Shown: positions 41,282 through 50,137, numbered from the stretch's first letter. The stretch is 64,000 bases of DNA from an uncultured Methanosarcinales archaeon (GCA_964572875.1 CAZNGE010000001.1:24834-88833); one strand, 5' to 3'. A program made the numbers and translations. Notes: generated from the letters alone by a model not told the origin.

Positions 41282-41316
41282 AGTGTATCATGTGGTCTGG
41301 GTTCATTTATATATTT

Positions 41317-42243
41317 TTATCTTTTGACTCCTCTGTGGGTCTGCCTCTTCTTTGCTTTTGCCTTACCTGCGCTCTTTGTCGCGGTTCTCTTACTTGGCTT
41401 TGTTTTCCCCACGCTCCTTGCCTTTGCCGGCCTGCCTGACGTATCGTTCTTTGGCGAAGCCTTTTTCTTTATCGATTCTTTTTGAAATTTTTTCCCTGGA
41501 GAAGATTTCGCTTTTGGTTTCGGCTTAGGGGCTTCACTCTTTCCCCTTCCCTGCAGCACCTTCCTCAAAAACCCCATCAAACCATACGCCTCCCGCTTGG
41601 TCAGCATCGCCTTGCCGATGATCTTCTTCCAAAGTATCTGCTGTGTCTCCCTCTTCTCCTTTGTCTCCCAGCGCATTCCAGAAAATATGTCTTCGAACAT
41701 CCGCATTATCTGGTCCTTCTCGGGCTTGCCGATAGGGGTTATGTGGCTGGTCGATGTCACGTCGCTCAGTGAGTTATAGAGCTCGTACAGCATGACCGCA
41801 ACTGCGTGCGATATGTTGAGCGTGGGATAATCAGTGGATGAAGGCACTGTGACTACGAAGTCGCATTTCTCTATCTCCTCGTTGAACATCCCCTTGCCTT
41901 CCCTGCCTATGACCAGGCCTATCTTCTTCTTGGGGTCCAGGCTCTTCAGCTTTGCCGCGAGCTCTCTCGGAGACAATGGGCTGCGGGGTATGTTGTAGTC
42001 TGTGCCCACCCTCGCGGTCGTGGCGACAAGGTAATCATAGTCATCGACCACGAAGAAGTCCATCACCTCGGCGTGCTCAAGCACCTCCTGCGAGTGCTTT
42101 GCCCTGTTGCGTGCCTCATCACAGAGGTGGTCGCAGTACGGGTTGATCAACACAAGGTTTGTGAAGCCGAAGTTCTTCATCACCCTCGCTACCGCGCCTA
42201 TATTTCCGGGAATTACAGGTTCGAGAAGTATGACGTCTATCAT
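41317..42243 (-). CDS. trmJ: tRNA (C32/U32)-2'-O-methyltransferase TrmJ family, with Lys-rich C-terminal tail
   Basis: GNIGAVARVMKNFG, GREGKG, YPTLNISHAV SPOUT motifs. Confidence 0.9.
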   Translation of the reverse strand: MIDVILLEPVIPGNIGAVARVMKNFGFTNLVLINPYCDHLCDEARNRAKHSQEVLEHAEVMDFFVVDDYDYLVATTARVGTDYNIPRSPLSPRELAAKLKSLDPKKKIGLVIGREGKGMFNEEIEKCDFVVTVPSSTDYPTLNISHAVAVMLYELYNSLSDVTSTSHITPIGKPEKDQIMRMFEDIFSGMRWETKEKRETQQILWKKIIGKAMLTKREAYGLMGFLRKVLQGRGKSEAPKPKPKAKSSPGKKFQKESIKKKASPKNDTSGRPAKARSVGKTKPSKRTATKSAGKAKAKKRQTHRGVKR

Positions 42244-42255
42244 TTTAGGATATGA

Positions 42256-43431
42256 TCATATGAAAAGGTTTCCGATCCACCTGAACAAAGGCCAGAAAAG
42301 ATTGAGCGCGAGCAGCACGAGCGTGAATACGCTTATCTTCCTCCACCACACATTGCCTCTCTCAGCCCCTTTTATCTTCTGCAAGGTCACCTGCAGCATC
42401 CTTCCGCCGTCGACAGGACCCAATGGCAGCAGGTTCGCCAGGCCTATGCCAAAGCTGAGCAGGCCGGTCATCGCGAACAGCTCCGCCAGCCACTTGATTA
42501 TCTTGTTGATGACAAGGTACCATAGGGAGTCGTTGTTCAGCTCTGTCTTTGCCTTGCTGGACGCCATCACGCCGAGGTAGCCTTTCTCAGGGTCGTCAGG
42601 GTTCTCTGCAGCCTCGAACGTGAAGTCCTGGCTGTCTGCGGTTATCGTGACCTGTTCATGCGACTTGACATCCTTCATCTGTGCTACGAAAGTGTCATAA
42701 TTCGTGACTGTCTCGCCGTTTACCGCAGTGACTACCATGCCTTCCTTGATTCCTGCGTCTATTGCAGGGTATCCTTCTGTCACTCCGACAATCTCTATCC
42801 CTATCTCGTTCTCCATTGATCCTAGGCCTGGCGCGAACGCGTAGTTGAGCAGCAGCAGGCACAGCGCTGCGAGTATGATGTTTGACCAGGGCCCTGCGGC
42901 ATAGACTGAGTATTGGGTAGTGTCTGTAGCTTTCGTCAGCTTCTTCTCGTCAGGCTCGACGAACGCTCCCATGAGCGGCCCGAGGAAGAACACGCCTGAT
43001 GAATTGATGGGCAGCTTATGCGCCCTCGCCACCACTCCATGTGAGAACTCGTGCACGAGTATGACTATGAACAGTGCTATCCAGCCTGTTATCAGCGGGA
43101 TGTGTATTCCGCCTATCGACACCCCGGGTATGACCGGCACGACTGCGGATTTTGCGGTCGGCACTGTGAGGAGATTGAATAGGCTGCGTAACAGGACGAA
43201 CAGTATGGAAAGGAGGCCGATATAGCCCACGCCTATGCCCATATACGCTATGACCTTGACCAGCTCAGCGTGCTTCGTCCCCCACTTGTCCATCAGCTTG
43301 AGCCCGATCTTTGTCCTGTACATCGCCAGGAACTTATGGTGTATGTCAAACTTCTTCCTGAATATGAACACGAGAATTATGATAAGGGAGTAGAACAGGA
43401 TGACCCATCGGTAGTCTTGCCAAAAACCCAT
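42256..43431 (-). CDS. Site-2 protease (M50) with PDZ domain
   Basis: HEFSH, GAFVEPDE, AAGPWSN, NLLPLGPVDGGR. Confidence 0.93.
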   Translation of the reverse strand: MGFWQDYRWVILFYSLIIILVFIFRKKFDIHHKFLAMYRTKIGLKLMDKWGTKHAELVKVIAYMGIGVGYIGLLSILFVLLRSLFNLLTVPTAKSAVVPVIPGVSIGGIHIPLITGWIALFIVILVHEFSHGVVARAHKLPINSSGVFFLGPLMGAFVEPDEKKLTKATDTTQYSVYAAGPWSNIILAALCLLLLNYAFAPGLGSMENEIGIEIVGVTEGYPAIDAGIKEGMVVTAVNGETVTNYDTFVAQMKDVKSHEQVTITADSQDFTFEAAENPDDPEKGYLGVMASSKAKTELNNDSLWYLVINKIIKWLAELFAMTGLLSFGIGLANLLPLGPVDGGRMLQVTLQKIKGAERGNVWWRKISVFTLVLLALNLFWPLFRWIGNLFI

Positions 43432-43479
43432 TTTACCTCGATCACTTCTTTTTTTTCACTATACAAAAAGATTTTAGGA

Positions 43480-43641
43480 TCACTTCTTCCTTTTGGGCTT
43501 GAGTGCCTTTGTGCCGCATTTCCTGCAGCTGACCTTGCCTGCTATGACCTTGAGATTAGTCGCCCTTATCTTGGACTTGCATCTCCTGCAGACAAATATG
43601 TTCTTGAATTTCCTTTCAGCAGCTTCATCGAATTTTGCCAT
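43480..43641 (-). CDS. rpl40e: 50S ribosomal protein L40e (not in the ORF track)
   Basis: Manual translation MAKFDEAAERKFKNIFVCRRCKSKIRATNLKVIAGKVSCRKCGTKALKPKRKK, 53 aa. Confidence 0.9.
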   Translation of the reverse strand: MAKFDEAAERKFKNIFVCRRCKSKIRATNLKVIAGKVSCRKCGTKALKPKRKK

Positions 43642-43643
43642 GC

Positions 43644-44051
43644 TCAATCACTCTTCACTTGTTTCATGACCCTGTCGGTCAGCACCACCCAGTACAGTAT
43701 GTTGCAGCCCTCTGTCACCTGGCCCTTGAGCTCGCCCGGTATCTTCAGGTCAAAGGTCTCGTATGTCTCTGAGTCCATGAGGTTTGCTGTGTCGCCTGTT
43801 ATGGACAGCACCTGCGCTGTCCTCTTGCCTATGATTGGCACATCGACATTGTCATGCCCTGGCATCACAACGACCCGCTTCTTCTCATCCAGCAGGCCCA
43901 CTCCTGTGATCCTGCACTTCGCGTGTCCGTGCTTCCCTGGCCTGGATATCTGGTTATCCACGACCCTGCTCGCCACGCCATCTATCACCATGAAACTGCC
44001 CGGCTTCATAGAGCCTGCATCAGCCTTCTTTGTTTCTCCTTCATCAACCAT
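43644..44051 (-). CDS. eif5a: Translation factor aIF-5A
   Basis: Hypusine-site PGKHGHAK, MDSETYETF. Confidence 0.96.
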   Translation of the reverse strand: MVDEGETKKADAGSMKPGSFMVIDGVASRVVDNQISRPGKHGHAKCRITGVGLLDEKKRVVVMPGHDNVDVPIIGKRTAQVLSITGDTANLMDSETYETFDLKIPGELKGQVTEGCNILYWVVLTDRVMKQVKSD

Positions 44052-44138
44052 AATACCACATCTTTTGCCTTTTTCAGCTAAATCAGAGTATATATGACCT
44101 TTTTTTATTGGGATTTATAAATATTTTGGTGGGCAGGG

Positions 44139-44888
44139 CTAGAACCACCCGAACACCCCTTTCCTCTTCTTCTCTACCTTCCGCGCCTCCTGCTCCTTTT
44201 GCGCCTTATCTTCCTTCTTCTTCCTGTAGTATGCCTTGGCCTTCTCGCGCCTGACCACTGTGGTGAGCTCTTTCTCTATGGCATCGCCATCCTCGAACAC
44301 CTTCTCGAGCCTCTTGAAGCGCTTGTCATGGTAGTATGTCTTGGTGCCTGACTTGAAGAACTTCCTCTGCTTGTGCAGGACCTCATGGAACATTATATAA
44401 TCTACATACTTGGTGTCCGCAACATCCCTGAACACGCTGCTGATCGTGACTGTATCGTTCTTGAAGTCATACGACCCGAAAGTCGTTGTCGCGAACTTGC
44501 CCCACACCAGGTTAGGCTGCTCGACCAATCCTAAGAAATACCTCTCATTCACCCTTTCAAAACTTGCCTCCAGCTGTGGATGCGACTTGTCCTTAGGTAT
44601 CGACAGGTGCAGGCTCTTGACGAAGTTGTTGTAAAGGTCGATGTACATCGAAGGTTTCCTGCTCTTCAGGAGTTTGGCCATCAGCTCCTGCATCAGGCCC
44701 ATCTGTATCTCAGGGGATATCGGATACCATTTGCGCGACATGCGGAACTCCATCACGCCGCCAGAAAGGGTTACATAGGCCCCGTAGTCCTTTATGCGGC
44801 CGGTGTATACTATCCTGAAATCATAATCTGCAGTAGATCCAGGGAACAGGTTGAGATACGCCTGCTCTGCGATATTGTCTTTCATCAT
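44139..44888 (-). CDS. SprT-like / M48-like zinc metalloprotease-domain protein
   Basis: FGSYD, YIMFHEVLH, H.K.FK..EK; charged C-terminus. Confidence 0.75.
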   Translation of the reverse strand: MMKDNIAEQAYLNLFPGSTADYDFRIVYTGRIKDYGAYVTLSGGVMEFRMSRKWYPISPEIQMGLMQELMAKLLKSRKPSMYIDLYNNFVKSLHLSIPKDKSHPQLEASFERVNERYFLGLVEQPNLVWGKFATTTFGSYDFKNDTVTISSVFRDVADTKYVDYIMFHEVLHKQRKFFKSGTKTYYHDKRFKRLEKVFEDGDAIEKELTTVVRREKAKAYYRKKKEDKAQKEQEARKVEKKRKGVFGWF

Positions 44889-44896
44889 GAGGATGG

Positions 44897-46003
44897 TTAT
44901 CCTGAGCTTATCTCGTACCGCAGTATCGCGGCGACCTTTCCGAGGTCGCGCAATTGCACGCCTTCACGGGTCTCTTCAGATATTATCCTGACAGAGCTCC
45001 CGACATTCTCTGCCTCTTTCTCGAACTCCTCTATCTCTGAATCCTCGAGGGATTCCGACAGCAATAAGATGTCGACAGTGCCCATCTTCAGCACTTCCAT
45101 GACCTGCGCCTTGCCGTAGCTCACCATGCCGGGCTTTGTGGCCAGGAGAGTGAGGAACTTGCTGACTATCTGCTTCTCCTGCGATACCTCTTCTGCGGCG
45201 AGGATGTCCTCGCTCTTCTCCAGCAGTTCCTGCAGTCCGAACTCTTCTGTGTATGACAGGTCTTTTGTGCCGATGATCTTCTTCTTGAGCTCTCCTGTCA
45301 GGTAATCATATCCTATGAAGTCGTTTATCGTGACTCCGGGACCGCCGATTATTATCCCTTTCAGCCCTTCGAGTTTCAGGAACTCGTTTTTCATGTATTC
45401 TGCGATCTTCTTGTAGTGCTCTTTAGTAGCACCCTCACGAAGACGCGCGAACCTCAATGCTGACTGTCCGCCTGCCTTCATCTTGCCAGGCACTTCTGAG
45501 TGTGTCTTTCGGATGGGTATGATGGTCTTTCCCTTGAGCAGCGCGAGCATCGCGTCTCTCCGGTCCAGCACAACAAGCCCGTACACTTCCTTGGATTCCA
45601 TCATCTCCCTGAGCGGGCCAAGGATGAATGTCTTGTCGCACCTGTATGTCCTGAAGTTCATGGGCACTGGCGGCACTATGCTCCATACCTTGATGTCTGT
45701 CTGCCCTTCTTTCTCAGACACATTGCCTGAGAACACTGCAAGCCCGTTCGGAGGGGTCTGCTTGAACAGCTTGAGGTGCTGCAGCATCTTCTCCAGCGCT
45801 CCGATCACGTTCTCCCTTGTCTGCTTGCTCTTGATGTTTGAGGCTGTGCCCTGCTCATCTGACAGGTGCTTGTTTATCAGGTTCAGGTCATATCCTGCTG
45901 GAACGTACACTGAGACAAGCTCGGTATGTCTACCTCGATGCTTTTCCAGCTCTTTCACGAACTTCCTGAGATGGAATTTCTCAATCGCTGTAATCGATGC
46001 CAT
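44897..46003 (-). CDS. prf1: Peptide chain release factor aRF1
   Basis: TELVSVYVP, ASNIKS, YRCD, AGGQS, AAILRY. Confidence 0.97.
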   Translation of the reverse strand: MASITAIEKFHLRKFVKELEKHRGRHTELVSVYVPAGYDLNLINKHLSDEQGTASNIKSKQTRENVIGALEKMLQHLKLFKQTPPNGLAVFSGNVSEKEGQTDIKVWSIVPPVPMNFRTYRCDKTFILGPLREMMESKEVYGLVVLDRRDAMLALLKGKTIIPIRKTHSEVPGKMKAGGQSALRFARLREGATKEHYKKIAEYMKNEFLKLEGLKGIIIGGPGVTINDFIGYDYLTGELKKKIIGTKDLSYTEEFGLQELLEKSEDILAAEEVSQEKQIVSKFLTLLATKPGMVSYGKAQVMEVLKMGTVDILLLSESLEDSEIEEFEKEAENVGSSVRIISEETREGVQLRDLGKVAAILRYEISSG

Positions 46004-46073
46004 GCAGAATCAGAAAAATCGTTAATATATAAAATGTAGGCAAAAGCAACAACTACTGCAATAAGTGCCGCTA

Positions 46074-46297
46074 CAGCAGCTCCACGACCGTAGCCGCCAA
46101 TGAGCACGCTACCGGCTTAACACATAGAATCAATAAACATTAGAGCTGCTCAAAGACTCGCGTAAATCGAGTCTTTGGCATCCTAAAATGCTGCGCATTT
46201 TATGACTTCGGCAAATTCAACGATAGTAAGAATCAGGCGTGCGGGGCGGCACGGGAGCTTTTGCAAGGCAAAAGCGGAGTAGGGCGTGGGGCTGCTG
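46074..46297 (+). ncRNA. Candidate structured RNA / fold-back element C
   Basis: CAGCAGCTCCACG/CGTGGGGCTGCTG, CCGT-A-GCCGCC/GGCGGCACGG and GCACGCT/GGCGTGC form a nested long stem with three internal hairpins. G-U pairs favour the + strand. Confidence 0.5.
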
Positions 46298-46322
46298 ACT
46301 TCGTGAAACAAGCAACCTAACA

Positions 46323-46330
46323 TTTAAATA
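46323..46330 (+). promoter_or_regulatory. TATA box of tRNA-Pro
   Basis: TTTAAATA ~35 nt upstream of the tRNA 5' end. Confidence 0.6.
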
Positions 46331-46357
46331 CCCCCTTTAAATCCTTTTTCGCACATT

Positions 46358-46491
46358 GGGGCTATGGTGTAGCTTGGACCACGCCAACCAGAGGTTGCGT
46401 CGGAGCAACTATCATCCGTGGTTTGGGGCCATGAGACCCCGGTTCGAAATATCAAATGCTTGCATTTGAGGCGAATGTCCGGGTAGCCCCA
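46358..46491 (+). tRNA. tRNA-Pro(UGG) with two BHB introns (46378-46408 at ~19/20; 46449-46477 at 59/60)
   Basis: Acceptor GGGGCTA/TAGCCCC, anticodon arm CGTGG-TTTGGGG-CCATG, T arm CCCGG-TTCGAA|T-CCGGG. Both inserts form bulge-helix-bulge motifs. CCA not encoded. Confidence 0.92.
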
Positions 46492-46553
46492 TGTGAGAAC
46501 GGCAAAATCCCAGACGACTGCAGTGAGTCTGGAGTTTACCGTTTTACATGCTT

Positions 46554-46588
46554 AAAAATGCCGATGACTGGAAGGAGTCGGCATTTTT
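46554..46588. other. Stem-loop downstream of tRNA-Pro (AAAAATGCCGA...TCGGCATTTTT), possible terminator/processing structure
   Basis: 11-bp inverted repeat followed by a T-rich stretch. Confidence 0.45.
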
Positions 46589-46725
46589 CTTGCATGCTAT
46601 ATTACATTCAAGCAAACTTTATAAACAAACAAAAACTGCTACAATATCTGCTTTTAAAGGCTTAAACAGGCTTTTTAAGACAGAAAAGGCTTTAAAAAAC
46701 TTAATATGACAATTCAAGGGTTAAA

Positions 46726-47196
46726 ATGGCTAAAAAAGTAAAATTAGGTTCTACTAACCGGTATGGCGCCCGTTATGGTGCGAGGAACAAAGAGAAAGTT
46801 GCAGCTTTGGAGAAACAGCACAGGAGAAGGCGCAAATGCCCGTTTTGCAATTATGTCAAGGTCAGACGAGTATCTGCAGGCATCTGGCAGTGCGAGAAAT
46901 GCAATGCCAAGTTTGCTGGAAAGGCTTACACATTCGTCACGCCAAAGGCTTCCAAGGAGATAGTCAAGGAAGAGCCTGAGGAAGCTGAAGAGATAGAGAG
47001 CATTGAAGAACAGGAAGAGACGCCTGAAGAAGAGCAGCCAGAGGAAGATCAGGAAGAGAAGACAGAGGCTGCTGAGGAAGAATCTGCAGACGAACCTGAC
47101 GAAGAGCTCCAAGATGAGGAGATACAGGAAGAAGAGATACCCATTGAAGAGACAGATGAAGATCAGAAGCCGGCAGACCAGCCAGAGGTAGCCTAA
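46726..47196 (+). CDS. rpl37ae: 50S ribosomal protein L37ae with long acidic C-terminal extension
   Basis: RYGARYG, CPFC, GIWQCEKC, FAGKAY; then an ~85-aa Glu-rich tail. Confidence 0.92.
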   Translation: MAKKVKLGSTNRYGARYGARNKEKVAALEKQHRRRRKCPFCNYVKVRRVSAGIWQCEKCNAKFAGKAYTFVTPKASKEIVKEEPEEAEEIESIEEQEETPEEEQPEEDQEEKTEAAEEESADEPDEELQDEEIQEEEIPIEETDEDQKPADQPEVA

Positions 47197-47197
47197 G

Positions 47198-47335
47198 ATG
47201 GTAGAGTACAAATGCTTTGACTGCAACAAGAAGGTGAGCATCGAATACATCAAGAAGAAGGTGCGCTGCCCTTACTGCGGCAGCAAGATGCTGTTCAAGC
47301 CCAGGCTTGTCTCTACTAAAGTAAAGGCAAGGTAG
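47198..47335 (+). CDS. rpoP: RNA polymerase subunit Rpo12/P (not in the ORF track)
   Basis: MVEYKCFDCNKKVSIEYIKKKVRCPYCGSKMLFKPRLVSTKVKAR; conserved L37ae-rpoP-pcc1-pfdB order. Confidence 0.93.
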   Translation: MVEYKCFDCNKKVSIEYIKKKVRCPYCGSKMLFKPRLVSTKVKAR

Positions 47336-47336
47336 G

Positions 47337-47564
47337 ATGGAATACACTGCAAATCTTTTTGTCAAGGGCGATCCGGACAGGCTCTTCGAGTGCCTTGAGA
47401 CCGAAGAGACCAGCTTTGACCGCTCATCATTCACGATTGAAAAAAAGGATGACGGCCTCGGGTTCAATGTCGAGGCAAAGGATGCGGTCGCCCTGAGGGC
47501 GACGCTCAACACGATCTCACAGCTCCTCATCATCTTTGAGGGTGCGAGAAAGAAACAGCAGTAA
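47337..47564 (+). CDS. pcc1: KEOPS complex subunit Pcc1
   Basis: EAKDAVALRATLN motif; gene order. Confidence 0.85.
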   Translation: MEYTANLFVKGDPDRLFECLETEETSFDRSSFTIEKKDDGLGFNVEAKDAVALRATLNTISQLLIIFEGARKKQQ

Positions 47565-47574
47565 AGGGAATAAA

Positions 47575-47907
47575 ATGGCAGAAGTCTCTAAGGATTTGCA
47601 GGAGAAGATCAACAGGCTTTCTATGATGGAACAGTCCCTCCAGTCGTTCCTGGGGCAGAAGCAGGCTTTCCAGGCGCAGCTTCTCGAGATAGACTCCGCG
47701 CTGGAGGAGCTCGACAAGACAGACAAGGCCTACAAGATCGTCGGCAATGTCATGATCGCGTCTGACAAGGAAGAGATGAAGAAGGACCTTAAGCAGAAGA
47801 AAGAGACCACAGAGCTCAGGATCAAGACCATTGACAATCAGGAGGCCAAGATGCGCGAGAAGACATCTGAGCTCCAGTCAGAGGTCATGAAGGAGATGGG
47901 CAAATAA
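47575..47907 (+). CDS. pfdB: Prefoldin beta subunit
   Basis: Coiled coils flanking ALEEL...YKIVGNVMI. Confidence 0.92.
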   Translation: MAEVSKDLQEKINRLSMMEQSLQSFLGQKQAFQAQLLEIDSALEELDKTDKAYKIVGNVMIASDKEEMKKDLKQKKETTELRIKTIDNQEAKMREKTSELQSEVMKEMGK

Positions 47908-47949
47908 TAAGTCAAGGCAGATGGTTATGATTCTTGATGGGAGCGGAAA

Positions 47950-48198
47950 ATGGACGAAAGGGTGCAAAACATTGTGGAGGCTCTGCAGGAACTCACCGGC
48001 GACAACACAGTCCCCCGCAACATAAAGTCCAAGATTGATGGTATCATCACGATTCTCAAGGAAGACAATGGCCAGGACATGTCCATGAAGGTCAACAAGG
48101 CTTTGAGCGAGCTGGATGACATATCTGATGACACCAACATGCAGGCCTACACCCGGACGCAGATATGGAACATCGTCAGCATGCTTGAGATGATATAG
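47950..48198 (+). CDS. UPF0147 family protein
   Basis: DNTVPRNIK, LDDISDDTNM, RTQIWNIVSMLE. Confidence 0.9.
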   Translation: MDERVQNIVEALQELTGDNTVPRNIKSKIDGIITILKEDNGQDMSMKVNKALSELDDISDDTNMQAYTRTQIWNIVSMLEMI

Positions 48199-48207
48199 AG
48201 AAAAACT

Positions 48208-48807
48208 TCACTTTTTTGGTTGCTTTCGATTCTTCTTCGGTGACTTTATATGTGTGACTTCTGTCTTGCTCAGCACGGAATTCGGTATGAATATTATGTC
48301 TCCGCTCTTGGTCTCTATTTTTGTCTCGAGCAGGTTTATCTCGATTATCGTGCCCTGCATGCCCTTGACCTTTATCTTCTGGCCTATCCTGAACTCCTTC
48401 TTGCGCTGTATGAAGAAGCCGGCCATCGCGTTGGGTATGAAGTCCTTTATCCCGAGGAACGTGGACAGTATTATCAGGATGATGACGCCCGCTGCTATCA
48501 TGTGCAGTATGGTAGATACGAGCCCGACCTGCTGGAGCACTATGACTATCGTCACGAAATAGATGAAGTAGGTGGTGAATGACTCTGCTATCTCCTCTAT
48601 CTTCATCGTCATCCCCGCGAGCTTGGTGAAGTTCTCGTTCAGCTCGAAGCTGTGCAGGAACTTGTATATCAGCCTCCCGCATATCTTGCCGAGGATGAAT
48701 CCTATCAGCAGCAACACTATCGCTACTATGAACTTGTAGAACAGCCCGGAAGTAGACTCCCTCACCAGTTGGTATATCTCGACAATGGTATCTGTAAGCG
48801 CAGTCAT
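48208..48807 (-). CDS. Small-conductance mechanosensitive channel (MscS-like)
   Basis: TM helices, NAMAGFFI, FRIGQKIKV, GDIIFIPNS. Confidence 0.85.
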   Translation of the reverse strand: MTALTDTIVEIYQLVRESTSGLFYKFIVAIVLLLIGFILGKICGRLIYKFLHSFELNENFTKLAGMTMKIEEIAESFTTYFIYFVTIVIVLQQVGLVSTILHMIAAGVIILIILSTFLGIKDFIPNAMAGFFIQRKKEFRIGQKIKVKGMQGTIIEINLLETKIETKSGDIIFIPNSVLSKTEVTHIKSPKKNRKQPKK

Positions 48808-48973
48808 CCAGAAAACATTGTGCTTCCTTGTTTATATATTTTGTTGATTACGCAGGCACGTTTGCAGCGCATTATTGACGGGCGGGGTGGGCGGTGGGGA
48901 GCTGGAAGGCGGGTACAGATAAGCCCTTAAACCCACAACAACCTTTAAATACATCTTTTCATGAAGACCGACC

Positions 48974-50137
48974 ATGGCAAAACGACTCTCGAAGAAGGCC
49001 AAGAAGGAGATGGACTCCAAGACAGCCAGTGCGCCTAAGAAGAAGGCATCGAACTGGGATCGCATCCAGGAGATGGAGAAAGAGCTCAGCAGCATGCAGT
49101 ACAACAAGCGCACCCAGCACCATTACGGCCTGGTGCGCGCCAAGATCGCTCAGCTCAAGCAGAAGGAGGAGGCGAGAAGGTCCCAGGGCCCTAAGACCAC
49201 GGGCTACTCGCTGAAGAAGAGCGGTGACGCCACTGTAATCCTTGTAGGCTTCCCATCTGCAGGCAAGTCGAGCCTGCTCAACGCGATCACCAATGCGAAC
49301 TCTCCTGTAGGCGCCTACGAGTTCACCACGTTGGATGTCATCCCCGGCCTGCTTGAGCACAAGGACGCAAAGATCCAGATACTTGACGTGCCGGGCATAG
49401 TCATGGGTGCGGCATCAGGCAGGGGCAGGGGCAGGGAGGTTCTTTCAGTCCTGCAGAACGCGGACCTGGCACTCATAATACTCGATACCCTCAGGCCCAA
49501 CGCCCACAAGGTCATACAGAAAGAGATTAACGACGCTCATCTGCGCCTCAACAAGAGGCGGCCGGATGTCAAGATAATGAAGAAGAGCAAGGACGGCATC
49601 AGGATAGGAAAGACAGTCAAGCTGCCTAAGCTCTCTGATGAGACCATAAGGTCGATCTGCAGGGAGTTCCGGATCAACAATGCAGACATACTCATACGGA
49701 GCGAGATTGAGGTCGATGATTTCATCGATGTCATCGAGAGGAACAAGGTATACATCCCAGGCCTCACAGTGCTGAACAAGATAGACCTCGTGGATAAAAA
49801 GCGCCTTGAGGAGATAAAGGAGGAGATCAGGCCCGACCTATGCATATCCGCAGAGAAAGGGACAAACGTCGACAGGATCAAGGACCTGATATTCGACAGG
49901 CTGGACTTCATCAGGGTGTACTGCAAGGAGACAGGCAAGAAAGCGGACCTCGAGGTGCCTATGATAATGCGGCGTGGAAACACGATCCGCGACATGTGCG
50001 AGAAGCTGCACCGCGACTTCGTCACGAAGTTCAGGTTCGCGAAGGTCTGGGGCCCGAGCGCCAAGTTCCCTGGCCAGCGCTTCATGCTCAACCACGTGCT
50101 CAAGGACGGCGATATAGTCCAGATATATCTCAACTAG
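48974..50137 (+). CDS. DRG/Rbg family GTPase with TGS domain
   Basis: VGFPSAGKS, YEFTTL, DVPG, NKID, C-terminal TGS (FAKVWG..AKFPGQ...H.LKDGDIV). Confidence 0.94.
   Translation: MAKRLSKKAKKEMDSKTASAPKKKASNWDRIQEMEKELSSMQYNKRTQHHYGLVRAKIAQLKQKEEARRSQGPKTTGYSLKKSGDATVILVGFPSAGKSSLLNAITNANSPVGAYEFTTLDVIPGLLEHKDAKIQILDVPGIVMGAASGRGRGREVLSVLQNADLALIILDTLRPNAHKVIQKEINDAHLRLNKRRPDVKIMKKSKDGIRIGKTVKLPKLSDETIRSICREFRINNADILIRSEIEVDDFIDVIERNKVYIPGLTVLNKIDLVDKKRLEEIKEEIRPDLCISAEKGTNVDRIKDLIFDRLDFIRVYCKETGKKADLEVPMIMRRGNTIRDMCEKLHRDFVTKFRFAKVWGPSAKFPGQRFMLNHVLKDGDIVQIYLN

Noticed and set aside
43270..44097. 275-aa + strand ORF
   Set aside because: Antisense to the M50 protease, L40e and aIF-5A genes.
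46074..46297. RNase P RNA or SRP RNA call for element C
   Set aside because: No GAGGAAAGUCC-type or helix-8 motif seen on either strand; left as an unassigned candidate.
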